This document shows positions 52,849 to 63,078 of a stretch of 64,000 nucleotides of DNA, in pieces (position 1 is the first letter of the stretch; each line of letters begins with the position of its first letter). Below the pieces are notes generated by a model that saw only the letters and a program-made list of their open reading frames with translations, did not search any database and was not told the DNA's origin. Source of the stretch: a virus (Duplodnaviria > Heunggongvirae > Uroviricota > Caudoviricetes); IMG/VR virus record IMGVR_UViG_3300020577_007897. One strand, written 5' to 3'. Both the position numbers and the translations under genes were made by a program.

Positions 52849-53277
52849 ATGGTAGTTCGCGCGGATAAGTTCACACTCAAGCAAAAAGAGATCGAGCGCT
52901 ACTCTGATTTTGCTACGTCTTTTGATATGAATCCGTTTACAGGAATGCTAGCGCGTGTTACTAATGAAGATGCTGTTAAACAGTCTCTTAAGAATATTGT
53001 CTTGACTGAATGCGGAGAGCGCTTTTATGATTCAAACAAAGGTAGCAAGGTAAAGCAGTCTTTGTTTGAATTGTTTGATTATTCAATGTTTGATGTTGTT
53101 AAATTACAGCTTAGAGCAGCACTTTCTGCATATGAGCCTAGAGCAACGATTGTTGACATACAAGCTGATGCCGATCCTCTTGACTTCAATACAATGAGGG
53201 TCAAGATAATTTTCTCTGTGATAAATATTCCAAACTCACAATTTTCATTAGATCTTAACGTATCTCGAGTGCGATAA
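52849..53277 (+). CDS. 25: baseplate wedge protein gp25 homolog (GPW/gp25 lysozyme-like fold)
   Basis: 142 aa with the ...SLKNIVLTECGERFYDSNKGSKV... pattern of T4 gp25 (IKNSLLGIITTRKGSRPFDPEFGC). Confidence 0.7.
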   Translation: MVVRADKFTLKQKEIERYSDFATSFDMNPFTGMLARVTNEDAVKQSLKNIVLTECGERFYDSNKGSKVKQSLFELFDYSMFDVVKLQLRAALSAYEPRATIVDIQADADPLDFNTMRVKIIFSVINIPNSQFSLDLNVSRVR

Positions 53278-55104
53278 ATGGCAGCAAATACATCACAGAC
53301 ACTATTGACGCTAGACTTTGCAACCTATAAGGCGTCTCTCAAAACATACTTGAAGAACAATCCAGTCTTCAAGGACTATGAATTTGAGGGACCGAATCTT
53401 TCAGTGTTGCTTGATATTCTAGCGTATAATACGTTTCAGACAGGCTTCTATACCAATATGGCTCTATCAGAGTCGTTTTTGGATAGCGCCCAGCTGCGTT
53501 CATCAGTTGTATCGCATGCAAAAGATCTAAACTATCTTCCAGTATCTGCTAAGTCACCTAAAGCACAAGTTAATGTTGTGTTTACAGCTACTGGTGCTTC
53601 TGCTCCTTATACAATTCCAAAGGGAAGTTCTTTTTCAACTATTATTAAAAACAAGTCATATGTATTCAACACAGACCAGAATATCATTGCTACTTACACT
53701 GGTTCTGGTAACACATTTTATTTTACCGCAGACATCTATGAAGGTCTCTATGCCAACGACCCCTTCGTTTTCCAGACGTCTAGTGATCCACAGAAGTTCA
53801 AATTAACAAACCAAAACATTGATACAGATTCTTTGGTCGTAACTGTATTTGAAAACGGTTCGCAATATGGTGATGAATATATCAAGACTGATACGTTGCT
53901 GGGCCTAGATGAAAATAGCAAGATCTATTTTATTCAGGCTACTGCAGATGGTTACTATGAAATCCTATTTGGTGATAATATCTTTGGTCACAAGCCGCTT
54001 GATCAATCACTAATTAACGTTAATTATCGCGTTACTGATGGTGCAGCTGCTAACGGTTCAAAGCTATTCAGCGTAGACTTTGATCCAACTGGTGTAGGTG
54101 AGCTAACTTCTACACCTACAGCAACAACACTTAAGAATGCGCAAGACGGTACTGATAAAGAATCAATTGAATCAGTAAGAGTATATGCGCCTCGCTATTT
54201 TGCTACTCAGCAGCGTGCAGTATCTTCTGATGACTATGCTTCTATTATTCTAGCTAAGTTCCCTAGCGCTATTGACGACGTAAACGTTTATGGTGGCGAG
54301 ACTCTTAACCCCAAGCAGTATGGTCGAGTTGTTATTGCGCTTAAGCCCAAGACACAAGATGGTTCAATCGTACCTGATTCAACAAAGCAGCAAATTTCAA
54401 ATATGTTGCTTAACTATATTGCTATCCCATCAAAAGCAATTCTTACTGACCCTGATTACTTCTATATTTCAGTTGAGTCAACAGTGCAATATGATGCAGC
54501 CAAGACAACAAAACTATCAGTTGAATTGCAGACTGTTATTCAAACAGCTATGACTACATTTGCAGCTGCAAACCTAGAAAAATTTGGTAAGGACTTCCGC
54601 TATTCTCGTTTTGTAAGCACTATTGATAGTTCAGACGATTCAATTGTATCAAACGATACAACTGTTCAGATGATTAAAAGACTGACACCTGTACTTAATA
54701 CAAGCACCAACTATGTTATTCAGTTTAATAATGCAGCTGGTATTGGTACAATTGGTGATACTGCATTTTCAGAAGAAGCAGTTCTTACATCTTCATTTTT
54801 TACATATGTAGATATGGCATCGCAACAGGTTTATGAATCTTGCTATATTCAGGACGATTCACTTGGTAAGCTTGCAATCTTCTCTTCTGCATCTGATACA
54901 CCTGTTCTAATTAATCCTGACACGGGTTCTATCAATTACACGACAGGTGAAGTGCAAATTGATAACTTTATTTCATCCGACTATACAAATCATATTTCAC
55001 TATACTTAAAGCTAGCAACCAAAGACATTATTGTGCAGCAAAAGAACATCTTGATGCTTGATCTGGCTGACGTAGCTATTAATCTAATTCCAATGGTTGA
55101 TTAA
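53278..55104 (+). CDS. 6: baseplate wedge protein gp6 homolog (Baseplate_J)
   Basis: YEFEGPNLSVLLDILAYNTF resembles T4 gp6 YDFEGSRLNVLCDLLAYNTL. LRSSVVSHAKDLNYLP resembles LRSSVVQAAQDNGYLP. Confidence 0.85.
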   Translation: MAANTSQTLLTLDFATYKASLKTYLKNNPVFKDYEFEGPNLSVLLDILAYNTFQTGFYTNMALSESFLDSAQLRSSVVSHAKDLNYLPVSAKSPKAQVNVVFTATGASAPYTIPKGSSFSTIIKNKSYVFNTDQNIIATYTGSGNTFYFTADIYEGLYANDPFVFQTSSDPQKFKLTNQNIDTDSLVVTVFENGSQYGDEYIKTDTLLGLDENSKIYFIQATADGYYEILFGDNIFGHKPLDQSLINVNYRVTDGAAANGSKLFSVDFDPTGVGELTSTPTATTLKNAQDGTDKESIESVRVYAPRYFATQQRAVSSDDYASIILAKFPSAIDDVNVYGGETLNPKQYGRVVIALKPKTQDGSIVPDSTKQQISNMLLNYIAIPSKAILTDPDYFYISVESTVQYDAAKTTKLSVELQTVIQTAMTTFAAANLEKFGKDFRYSRFVSTIDSSDDSIVSNDTTVQMIKRLTPVLNTSTNYVIQFNNAAGIGTIGDTAFSEEAVLTSSFFTYVDMASQQVYESCYIQDDSLGKLAIFSSASDTPVLINPDTGSINYTTGEVQIDNFISSDYTNHISLYLKLATKDIIVQQKNILMLDLADVAINLIPMVD

Positions 55105-57251
55105 TGGACAATCCTATCGAGAAGCATATATCGAACCTGGTTCAATTCCAGTTTCCATCATTCTACAATGAACACGGGCCTGTATTCATTCAGTTCGTGC
55201 AAGCGTATTATGAATGGCTAGAAGAGACAGGCAACCCACTCTACTACAATCGCCGTCTTCTAGAAACGTTTGATATTGACGAGACGCTAGATGAATTTCT
55301 TGAACATTTTCAGCGCAAGTATCTTTATGGTATTCCTTTTGACGTAATTATCAACAAGCGTTCTTTGATTAAGCACGTACTTGATGCTTATCGTTCTAAG
55401 GGCTCTGTACAGTGCTTTAAACTTCTATTCCGTCTAATCTACAACGAAAACGTAGAAGTATATCTTCCCGGTAATGATATGCTTCGTCCTTCTGATGCTA
55501 CATGGGTGCACCCTATGTACATTGAAGCTTCTGAATCTGATTATCTATCTCAGATGGTTGGTAAGAAAATCCAAGGAACAATTTCTGGGACATCAGCTGT
55601 TGTTGAAGGTATTGTAAGATTGCCTGTAAAAGGCTCTATTGTTAATATGGTATTCATTACCAACGTTAACCCACGAGAAGGCAACTTCACACCTGGTGAA
55701 TCATTTGTTATTGCTGAATTGATAGGCACAACTGACTTCCAGACGCTTCTTAATGACTCTCCTACTGTCATTGGATCGCTTGATTCAATTGACATGCTTA
55801 ATGGCGGTCAGAACTTTAAAGTTGGCGATCAGCTAGCTATTGCTCGTTATGATCTCTCAACTGGCGCGCTCCTTACAAACGGTATTGGCGGAAAGTTATC
55901 TGTACGCGAAGTTGGTTCTGCAAATGGACAGCTAAGTTTTGTTATTACCAACTATGGTTTCGGTATCAGCAACACAGCCAATGTGTTCTTATATGCTAAT
56001 ACTCTTGATACTGTAACTGTGAATGCAAGCTTTACTGTTGGTACTCTTGCATCTCCTCAGACTGTACAGTATAATACAGACGTAATTGCTTCAATCGCAA
56101 ACTTAACGTTAAATGCTGCATCATTTGGTTTTGCAGCTGATCCAACTGCAAATGCAACAAGCAATACTCTTAATAATATGCTAGCATTTACGAACGGCAC
56201 ATTTGGTTCGTTGTCTGTTCTAGGAAATATTAATACAGGTACTGGCTATACCAGACCACTCAACATTTTTATTCGTAATTCATTAACATCAAATGCGCTA
56301 GGCGGAACAATTAGCTACAATACTGCTTCTGCCAATATTACAGGCACAAGCACATCGTTTACCAGCTATTTTTCTAACAATGATTCAATTGTAATCCAGG
56401 CCAACACATCGCTTGCCAATACAATTGAATACCATGTTATTCAGCAGGTTGTTAATAACACTGTGCTAGTTCTATATGATAAGCCTCTTAATAACTCTAC
56501 AGCATCAGCAATCTATAGAGTTGCTCCTATCATTTTCCCTGCAAACTTTACATCTGATTCTATCTATATGCAGAATAATGACGGTACTCTGAATGGTAAT
56601 AACTCAATTGTATCAGGACGTCCAAGTTCCGGTTCTGGTGTTATTTCAAAGATGAAAGCTATCGATTCAGGCCGCGCATATTACGACGGTGAAATTGTAA
56701 CATTGTATCCAGCAGATTCTCTAGCATCTCCAACAATTGTTGTTGCAGGAAACAACTATGTTAATGGTGATAATCTAGTTGTTGTAGGTGGAAATCCATA
56801 CCAGACTGCATCTGGTACAGTTCTTACAAACGGTAATGGTAATATTACATCGATCGTTTGGGATGCCGGGTCTGGGTATCAAGATGTGCCTAGAATTACT
56901 ATTTCATCAAGAACAGGTAGCAATGCAAGCTTAACAACATCAATTATCCCTTATGATAATTCTATTACCGTAACAGGTCAGGTACGTAAGAAAGGTATTG
57001 GTGTGCGTAGAGGATACTGGTCAACAACCAGATCGTTTATAAGTTCAGATAAATATATTCAGGACTCATATTTCTATCAAGAATTCTCATACCAGCTTAA
57101 AGCTGCAGTAACTCTCGATAAATATAGAGAAATCCTTTATAAGACTTTCCATCCAACAGGAACTGAAATGTTTGGTGCTTACCACAAGTCACAAGTTGTT
57201 GGTGACGATGCAGAAGTTCTATATTCTAACACAACTCCAATAATCTCGTAA
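55104..57251 (+). CDS. baseplate wedge / tail fibre structural protein
   Basis: 715 aa, Asn/Thr/Ser/Gly-rich, following gp6. Confidence 0.5.
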   Translation: MDNPIEKHISNLVQFQFPSFYNEHGPVFIQFVQAYYEWLEETGNPLYYNRRLLETFDIDETLDEFLEHFQRKYLYGIPFDVIINKRSLIKHVLDAYRSKGSVQCFKLLFRLIYNENVEVYLPGNDMLRPSDATWVHPMYIEASESDYLSQMVGKKIQGTISGTSAVVEGIVRLPVKGSIVNMVFITNVNPREGNFTPGESFVIAELIGTTDFQTLLNDSPTVIGSLDSIDMLNGGQNFKVGDQLAIARYDLSTGALLTNGIGGKLSVREVGSANGQLSFVITNYGFGISNTANVFLYANTLDTVTVNASFTVGTLASPQTVQYNTDVIASIANLTLNAASFGFAADPTANATSNTLNNMLAFTNGTFGSLSVLGNINTGTGYTRPLNIFIRNSLTSNALGGTISYNTASANITGTSTSFTSYFSNNDSIVIQANTSLANTIEYHVIQQVVNNTVLVLYDKPLNNSTASAIYRVAPIIFPANFTSDSIYMQNNDGTLNGNNSIVSGRPSSGSGVISKMKAIDSGRAYYDGEIVTLYPADSLASPTIVVAGNNYVNGDNLVVVGGNPYQTASGTVLTNGNGNITSIVWDAGSGYQDVPRITISSRTGSNASLTTSIIPYDNSITVTGQVRKKGIGVRRGYWSTTRSFISSDKYIQDSYFYQEFSYQLKAAVTLDKYREILYKTFHPTGTEMFGAYHKSQVVGDDAEVLYSNTTPIIS

Positions 57252-57260
57252 GGAATTATA

Positions 57261-58796
57261 ATGGCTGTACTTTTGCCTAATTTCAAAAAGGCTATTATAG
57301 ACGACATCATCAATGACATTACCAGCAATTCAGCATATTACTATGCATTTGCTGCTAATCCTGTTGCTCATGGCGCTAGTATTCCAGATGACGATTTGGG
57401 TGACAAGACTACATCTGCATATGCAAATTGGACAATGTTGTTTGGTAAAAAGATATCAAACTCAGATGTTATTCCTGTAATTAATAACTCTCCATGGGTA
57501 ACCAATACAACATATGCAATGTATGATGATCAAAACGATCTATCAAACTCTAAATTTTATGCTGTTGTAACTGCAGGCGGTGGTGCAGATTATCTTGTTT
57601 ATAAGTGCATCTACAATGCTGGAAATACTCCATCAACAGTAACACCACCTACATCTTCACCTCTTTACTCTACTGTCACATTGAATGACGGGTATATGTG
57701 GAGATATCTATATTCAATCTCTGCTACAACGTTCAACAAGTTTGTTCCAGCATCAAATTCTCATATTCCGGTTGTACCTAACAACTCGATTATCGCAAAC
57801 GCTGGTTTCAACTCTACACTTGATGTTATTGCCATTGACTATGGTGGAAACGGTTATATTACCTATCACACAGGCAATGTTTCAACCGTATCAAATAGCA
57901 CATATATTCAGATTGCAAACACTGCAGATGGTACACCGAATTTTTATGCTAACTGCTCAGTTTACATCTATAATACTACCGGTACTCCTTTTGGCCAGCT
58001 TCTTGATGTAACTGGATCAACTGCTATTGGTGGACAGCGCTGGATTACTACAAGTGTTGCAAACGTTTCAGCTATTAACGTAGCTTCCGCTGCCTATATT
58101 CTTTGCCCCAAAGTTGTAATTGACTCTGATGGTAAAGAAAATCCAACTGCATATTGCACAGTTAATTCAATTTTCAAGAATATTAACTCTGTAGTTGTTG
58201 TAGACCCAGGTTCATATATTTCAAGAGCTAATGCCTCTATTGTAGTTGCTAATAACTTTGGTTCAGGCGCGATTATTCGTCCTATTGTCCCTTCACCTGG
58301 TGGCCACGGTTCAAACCCTGCAGCAGAGCTATTTTGCAGAGGTTTGGGTGTTCAATTTAAATTTGCGAACTCGGAAAGCAATACTATTCCTACTAATGTG
58401 CTTTACAACAAAGTAGGTATTATTAAGAACCCATATGCTCTTAATGCAAATAACACCAAAGGATCTGCATTTACAAGCAATACGTTCTCACAGGTATTGA
58501 AAGCTAATGTTTCGCCAGCAACTACATTTGTTAATGCGGCTGTAATTTCCGGCTCTTCTTCTGGAGCCAATGGTGTTGTAGCGTTTTCAAATAGCACAAT
58601 ACTTTATATTGTGGGTGATAAAGATTTCTCAAACGGAGAAACTGTTACATCAAGTAACCTATCATCTTCAATTAGCATCACAACACTTGGCGATCTTTAT
58701 GCCAAAGAACTTAATGCGCTCTATGTCCAGAACATTGATGATATTACTCGCACATCAAGTCAAACTGAGACATACAAAGTAATCATCAAGATATAA
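57261..58796 (+). CDS. baseplate / tail fibre structural protein
   Basis: 511 aa; RBS AAGGAA. Confidence 0.5.
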   Translation: MAVLLPNFKKAIIDDIINDITSNSAYYYAFAANPVAHGASIPDDDLGDKTTSAYANWTMLFGKKISNSDVIPVINNSPWVTNTTYAMYDDQNDLSNSKFYAVVTAGGGADYLVYKCIYNAGNTPSTVTPPTSSPLYSTVTLNDGYMWRYLYSISATTFNKFVPASNSHIPVVPNNSIIANAGFNSTLDVIAIDYGGNGYITYHTGNVSTVSNSTYIQIANTADGTPNFYANCSVYIYNTTGTPFGQLLDVTGSTAIGGQRWITTSVANVSAINVASAAYILCPKVVIDSDGKENPTAYCTVNSIFKNINSVVVVDPGSYISRANASIVVANNFGSGAIIRPIVPSPGGHGSNPAAELFCRGLGVQFKFANSESNTIPTNVLYNKVGIIKNPYALNANNTKGSAFTSNTFSQVLKANVSPATTFVNAAVISGSSSGANGVVAFSNSTILYIVGDKDFSNGETVTSSNLSSSISITTLGDLYAKELNALYVQNIDDITRTSSQTETYKVIIKI

Positions 58797-58825
58797 ATAG
58801 ATCGAAACAACCGGATTCCTACTAG

Positions 58826-61800
58826 ATGACATCAGAGCTTTATACTACAAATCTTGGCCTTGCGCCCTACTACAGCAATTTCGATCAAGCTAAACAGCAA
58901 TATCGCTATCTGTTTAAAGCTTCAATCCCCCTTCAGGTACAAGAACTGCAGGGCATTCAAGCTATGTTGCAAGACCAGATTTCAAAGTTTGGTCGCAACG
59001 TATACAAAGAAGGTTCAATTGTTGAAGGATGTCGCTTTAGCTTTGATGTAAACAACCTATACTACATCAAGATTAACGATAATTATACAAACGGCTCTGC
59101 AATCGCAACTGCATCTCTCGCAGCTCTTGCTAACAATCGAGTATACAATGCAAATGGCCTATATGCACAAATTATTACTAGCATCTCTGGTTCTACTACC
59201 GCTGCTCCTAATACCAATACACTATACATTAAGTATCAGAATGCTGCTAACACACAATCAGAGTTTGCAGCAAACGATGTGCTAACCGTTACTAACTCTA
59301 TTAGCAACGCGACAATTTGTACAATTCAGGTTTGCACAAATACTGTCATTGCAAATATTGGTGCGCCATCTGGAAAATCATACGCGCTTGGCGTATCAGA
59401 AGGCGTAATTTTCCATAAAGGTACATTTGTTTACGTACTTCCTCAGTACGTGATTGTATCACTATATTCAGGCTATCCTAATAATCTATCAGTAGGCTTC
59501 TCATCTGTTGAAACAATTGTTACAGCAGATATGGATGAGACTCTATATGATAATGCAGACGGTTCGCCTAACTATGCTGCTCCAGGTGCAGATCGCCTAC
59601 AGATCGTTCCATATCTAAATGTAATTAATACCAATGCTATCACCAACACTTCTACATTCTTCTCGCTTGTAGACTTTGTTGATGGTGCGGCTGCAACAAT
59701 TCGTCAGCGTGAAGAACTGTCTTCATTGGGTGATTATATTGCAACACGTGTTTATGAAGCGCATGGTGATTTCGTAGTTCGTCCATTTAAGCTTTCTACT
59801 ATCCCTCTTGATAGCTCAAACAGCATTTCTAATACTTACGTAGCACTGCAAACAGATGCAGGTATTGGTTATGTAGAAGGTTATCGCGTTGAGCATACCG
59901 CTCCTATCCCAACACTTCTTAGAAAAGCTAACGACTTTGCCAATGTAACAGCACAGCAGGTAACTGCTAACTTTGGTTATTATGCGTTTGTTAAAGAATT
60001 AGCAGGAACATTCCTATCTGGAACAGGCGCTGTTCAGGTTGAATTGCATAATGTAGCTAAGACAGCTGTGTCTGGCGGATCATTACTGGGTGTTGGCTAT
60101 TCAACAGCTACTAAGATTGGTACTGCATATGTAAGAGGTATTACTCTCGATACAATTGCAAACTATCTTCCAAGCACAACCTATAAAGTATACCTGTTTA
60201 ATATTCAGATGTCACCTGGTTTTAACTTCGGTGATGTGAAGTCTATTATCAACTACTCTGGTTCGGTGCTAGGTGTTTCTGACGTTGTTCTTACATATAA
60301 CGCTTCAACTGGTACGAATACAGCTGTTCTTCAGGACACATATCTAAATGGTATGGTGTATAACTTCGGTGCAACTGCTCTTAAGCCAGATGGTTTTGGT
60401 AATACAGCTGCATTTAATTATAAGGCTAAAGTATCAACAACTGTTCAAACAAACGGTTATGCCTCTGTATCGGTTGGTGCAGCTGCAGGAACGGGTGTTG
60501 CAGGTTTTGCCTATACTGGCACAATGTCTGGTGACACTGAAAAGAAATTTATCATTGTTCCAACAGCGAACGGTATTGCATCTAACAGCTCTGCCAACGT
60601 TGTAATTGTAGCTGGTGCAAATACAGTTATTGCAAACGGTTCAACTTCATTCTTAACCGACTATGCAATTGGTGATTATGTTGCTGTGTATACAACAGCT
60701 ACACCAGAAATTAAGCTAATTACCAACATTGCAAATAACACATATATGAACGTTGCATCTAACTTTGCAACTTCAAATGGTACTACGCGTCATGCTACCG
60801 CATTCCCTGCAGGTATACCAATTAATTTCTCTGGCAAAGCTACCAGAACTATTACAACAACATCAAATACAACTGGTGGCTTCCAGCTTGAAAAGACTAT
60901 GCAGGGCACATTTGGTGCAGATGTATACTTTGATATCAAGAGATCTTCTACTGTTCCAACCTCAAAGGTTGTTAAGAAGCTAACCTATGTTAAAATTGAC
61001 TGCTCTAACAACGCAGCAAATAGCACTGGCCCGTGGTGTCTAGGTCTCCCAGACGTACTTAATGTTTCACGAGTATTTCTTGGTTCAGGCGGTACATATA
61101 GCAATAGCGGTACTGATTATTCAGCAAACTTCTTCTTGGATAACGGGCAGCGCGATTGCCATTATGGCCTAGCTTATCTATATCCCAAGACAAACATTGT
61201 ACCTGCAAATGGCACAATCCTTGTTGAACTAACTCACTTTACGCATAATGCTTCTCAGGGTGTTGGCTTCTTTACTGCTAACTCATACCCAATTGATGCA
61301 AATACTGCTAATACAAATGCTATTCAGATTAGCGATATTCCGCTATACACTACTCAGAAAGGTACTGTATTCGATCTAAGAGATTGTGTTGATTTCCGTG
61401 TTCGTGCTTCTAACACTGCTGTTTCTTCAAATACAGTAGCTGGCGCAACAATTAATCCATCATCAACAGTATCATTCTCTAGCTCTTCATATCTAGTAGC
61501 ACCTGACTCTAACTTCCAGTCAGATCTGCAATATTATATGCCTCGTGTTGATCGCGCGGTTATTGATATTAACGGAACACTATCAATTGTAGAAGGTAAC
61601 CCTCAAGTTATTAATCCGCAGCCTCCAGAAGAGCCTGCAATGACAATGACTTTGGGTATCATTTCTGTTCCACCATATCCATCACTATCAACACCCGAAG
61701 CTAAAGCAGAAGGTCGTTATGACTATGCTATTCAGTGTAAGCTGCAGCAAAATCGCCGCTATACAATGCGTGATATTGGTGTACTAGATTCTCGTATTAC

Positions 61801-63067
61801 TAATATTGAGTACTACACATCGCTTAATCTTCTAGAGCAATCCGCTCAGTCATTGCTTGTTCGTTCAAGCACAACTGGTCAGAATCGCTTTAGAAATGGT
61901 ATCTTTGTTGATCCGTTCAATGGTTTTGATATTTCAAATACCAATGATCCTAACTTTAAGATTGCTATTGACTCTGATCGTTCTGAGATAAGACCTCGTT
62001 TTGCTCAGCGTCGTACTGATATGAGCTTTGATGCTAACAACTCTACCAACACTGTTCTGCATGGTGAGCTGGTAATGTTGCAGCACTCATCAAATAACCT
62101 TTATATCACACAGCCATACGCTTCAAAGTATCGTAACTGTATTGAAGGTAACGTGTTTGAGTGGCTTGGAACTATGACACTTAATCCACCAGCGACGCTT
62201 GATCCAGACCTTTCAACATCTCCAGATGTTATTAACAATCTTGATCTTGCAGCTAACTGGATTAATCTTGGTCAGTCTGCATGGGGTACACATTGGGGTA
62301 ATTGGGTTGACGTTGCAACAAACGTAACTGTTAATACTGCTTCTTCAACAAGCGGCTCAACAACTACAACTACAACTCAGACAACCACAACCACAACACA
62401 GCAAAAGACTGGTCAGCAGCTTAATGTAACTACTCAGCAAAACCAGTATAACCTAGGTACGTTTGTAACTAATATCTCGTTGCTTCCTTACTTAAAGCCT
62501 GCAGTTATTAGATTTACAGCGCATGGTCTGAAGCCTAATACACGTGTTTATGCATTCTTTAATAACGTGGCTGTATCAAACTACTGTGCACCTCGTTTCT
62601 CTGACTTTACATTCAACAGCATTTCGGGTGATAAGCATTCGGGATTCTATGGCGATCCACTATGGACAGATAGCACTGGTTCTATCTATGGTACATTTGT
62701 AATTCCGGCTAATACGTTCCGTTCACAGGAACTAATATTCATGCTTACAGACGTAAGTGATATTGTTGCTGGTGCTTTGGCTATGAAGACAAAAGCAACT
62801 GCTACCTTCTATGGTTCAAGACTAGCGTTTTCAACTGCATCGTCTATTCTAAATACACGTGAAGCAGTTGTTAACTTGAATGAAATTACAGAATCAAAAG
62901 TTATTACTGGAACAAACGTAACTACATCAATTGTGACTACGCCAACAATTCCATACACACCATACACACCATATAATCCTGCTGGTGGAGGTGGCGGTGG
63001 AGAGGGCCCAGGCACCTCAGCCGATTCTGATGGTGATGGTTGTGCATGTGGCGATGGCGCAGAATAA
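58826..63067 (+). CDS. giant tail-fibre-like structural protein with poly-Thr tract and YTPYTPY/poly-Gly/Cys-rich C-terminus
   Basis: 1413 aa, Asn/Thr/Ser/Ala/Gly-rich. It ends TTTTTTQTTTTTTQQ...PYTPYTPYNPAGGGGGGEGPGTSADSDGDGCACGDGAE. Confidence 0.6.
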   Translation: MTSELYTTNLGLAPYYSNFDQAKQQYRYLFKASIPLQVQELQGIQAMLQDQISKFGRNVYKEGSIVEGCRFSFDVNNLYYIKINDNYTNGSAIATASLAALANNRVYNANGLYAQIITSISGSTTAAPNTNTLYIKYQNAANTQSEFAANDVLTVTNSISNATICTIQVCTNTVIANIGAPSGKSYALGVSEGVIFHKGTFVYVLPQYVIVSLYSGYPNNLSVGFSSVETIVTADMDETLYDNADGSPNYAAPGADRLQIVPYLNVINTNAITNTSTFFSLVDFVDGAAATIRQREELSSLGDYIATRVYEAHGDFVVRPFKLSTIPLDSSNSISNTYVALQTDAGIGYVEGYRVEHTAPIPTLLRKANDFANVTAQQVTANFGYYAFVKELAGTFLSGTGAVQVELHNVAKTAVSGGSLLGVGYSTATKIGTAYVRGITLDTIANYLPSTTYKVYLFNIQMSPGFNFGDVKSIINYSGSVLGVSDVVLTYNASTGTNTAVLQDTYLNGMVYNFGATALKPDGFGNTAAFNYKAKVSTTVQTNGYASVSVGAAAGTGVAGFAYTGTMSGDTEKKFIIVPTANGIASNSSANVVIVAGANTVIANGSTSFLTDYAIGDYVAVYTTATPEIKLITNIANNTYMNVASNFATSNGTTRHATAFPAGIPINFSGKATRTITTTSNTTGGFQLEKTMQGTFGADVYFDIKRSSTVPTSKVVKKLTYVKIDCSNNAANSTGPWCLGLPDVLNVSRVFLGSGGTYSNSGTDYSANFFLDNGQRDCHYGLAYLYPKTNIVPANGTILVELTHFTHNASQGVGFFTANSYPIDANTANTNAIQISDIPLYTTQKGTVFDLRDCVDFRVRASNTAVSSNTVAGATINPSSTVSFSSSSYLVAPDSNFQSDLQYYMPRVDRAVIDINGTLSIVEGNPQVINPQPPEEPAMTMTLGIISVPPYPSLSTPEAKAEGRYDYAIQCKLQQNRRYTMRDIGVLDSRITNIEYYTSLNLLEQSAQSLLVRSSTTGQNRFRNGIFVDPFNGFDISNTNDPNFKIAIDSDRSEIRPRFAQRRTDMSFDANNSTNTVLHGELVMLQHSSNNLYITQPYASKYRNCIEGNVFEWLGTMTLNPPATLDPDLSTSPDVINNLDLAANWINLGQSAWGTHWGNWVDVATNVTVNTASSTSGSTTTTTTQTTTTTTQQKTGQQLNVTTQQNQYNLGTFVTNISLLPYLKPAVIRFTAHGLKPNTRVYAFFNNVAVSNYCAPRFSDFTFNSISGDKHSGFYGDPLWTDSTGSIYGTFVIPANTFRSQELIFMLTDVSDIVAGALAMKTKATATFYGSRLAFSTASSILNTREAVVNLNEITESKVITGTNVTTSIVTTPTIPYTPYTPYNPAGGGGGGEGPGTSADSDGDGCACGDGAE

Positions 63068-63078
63068 GGAAAATTTAA

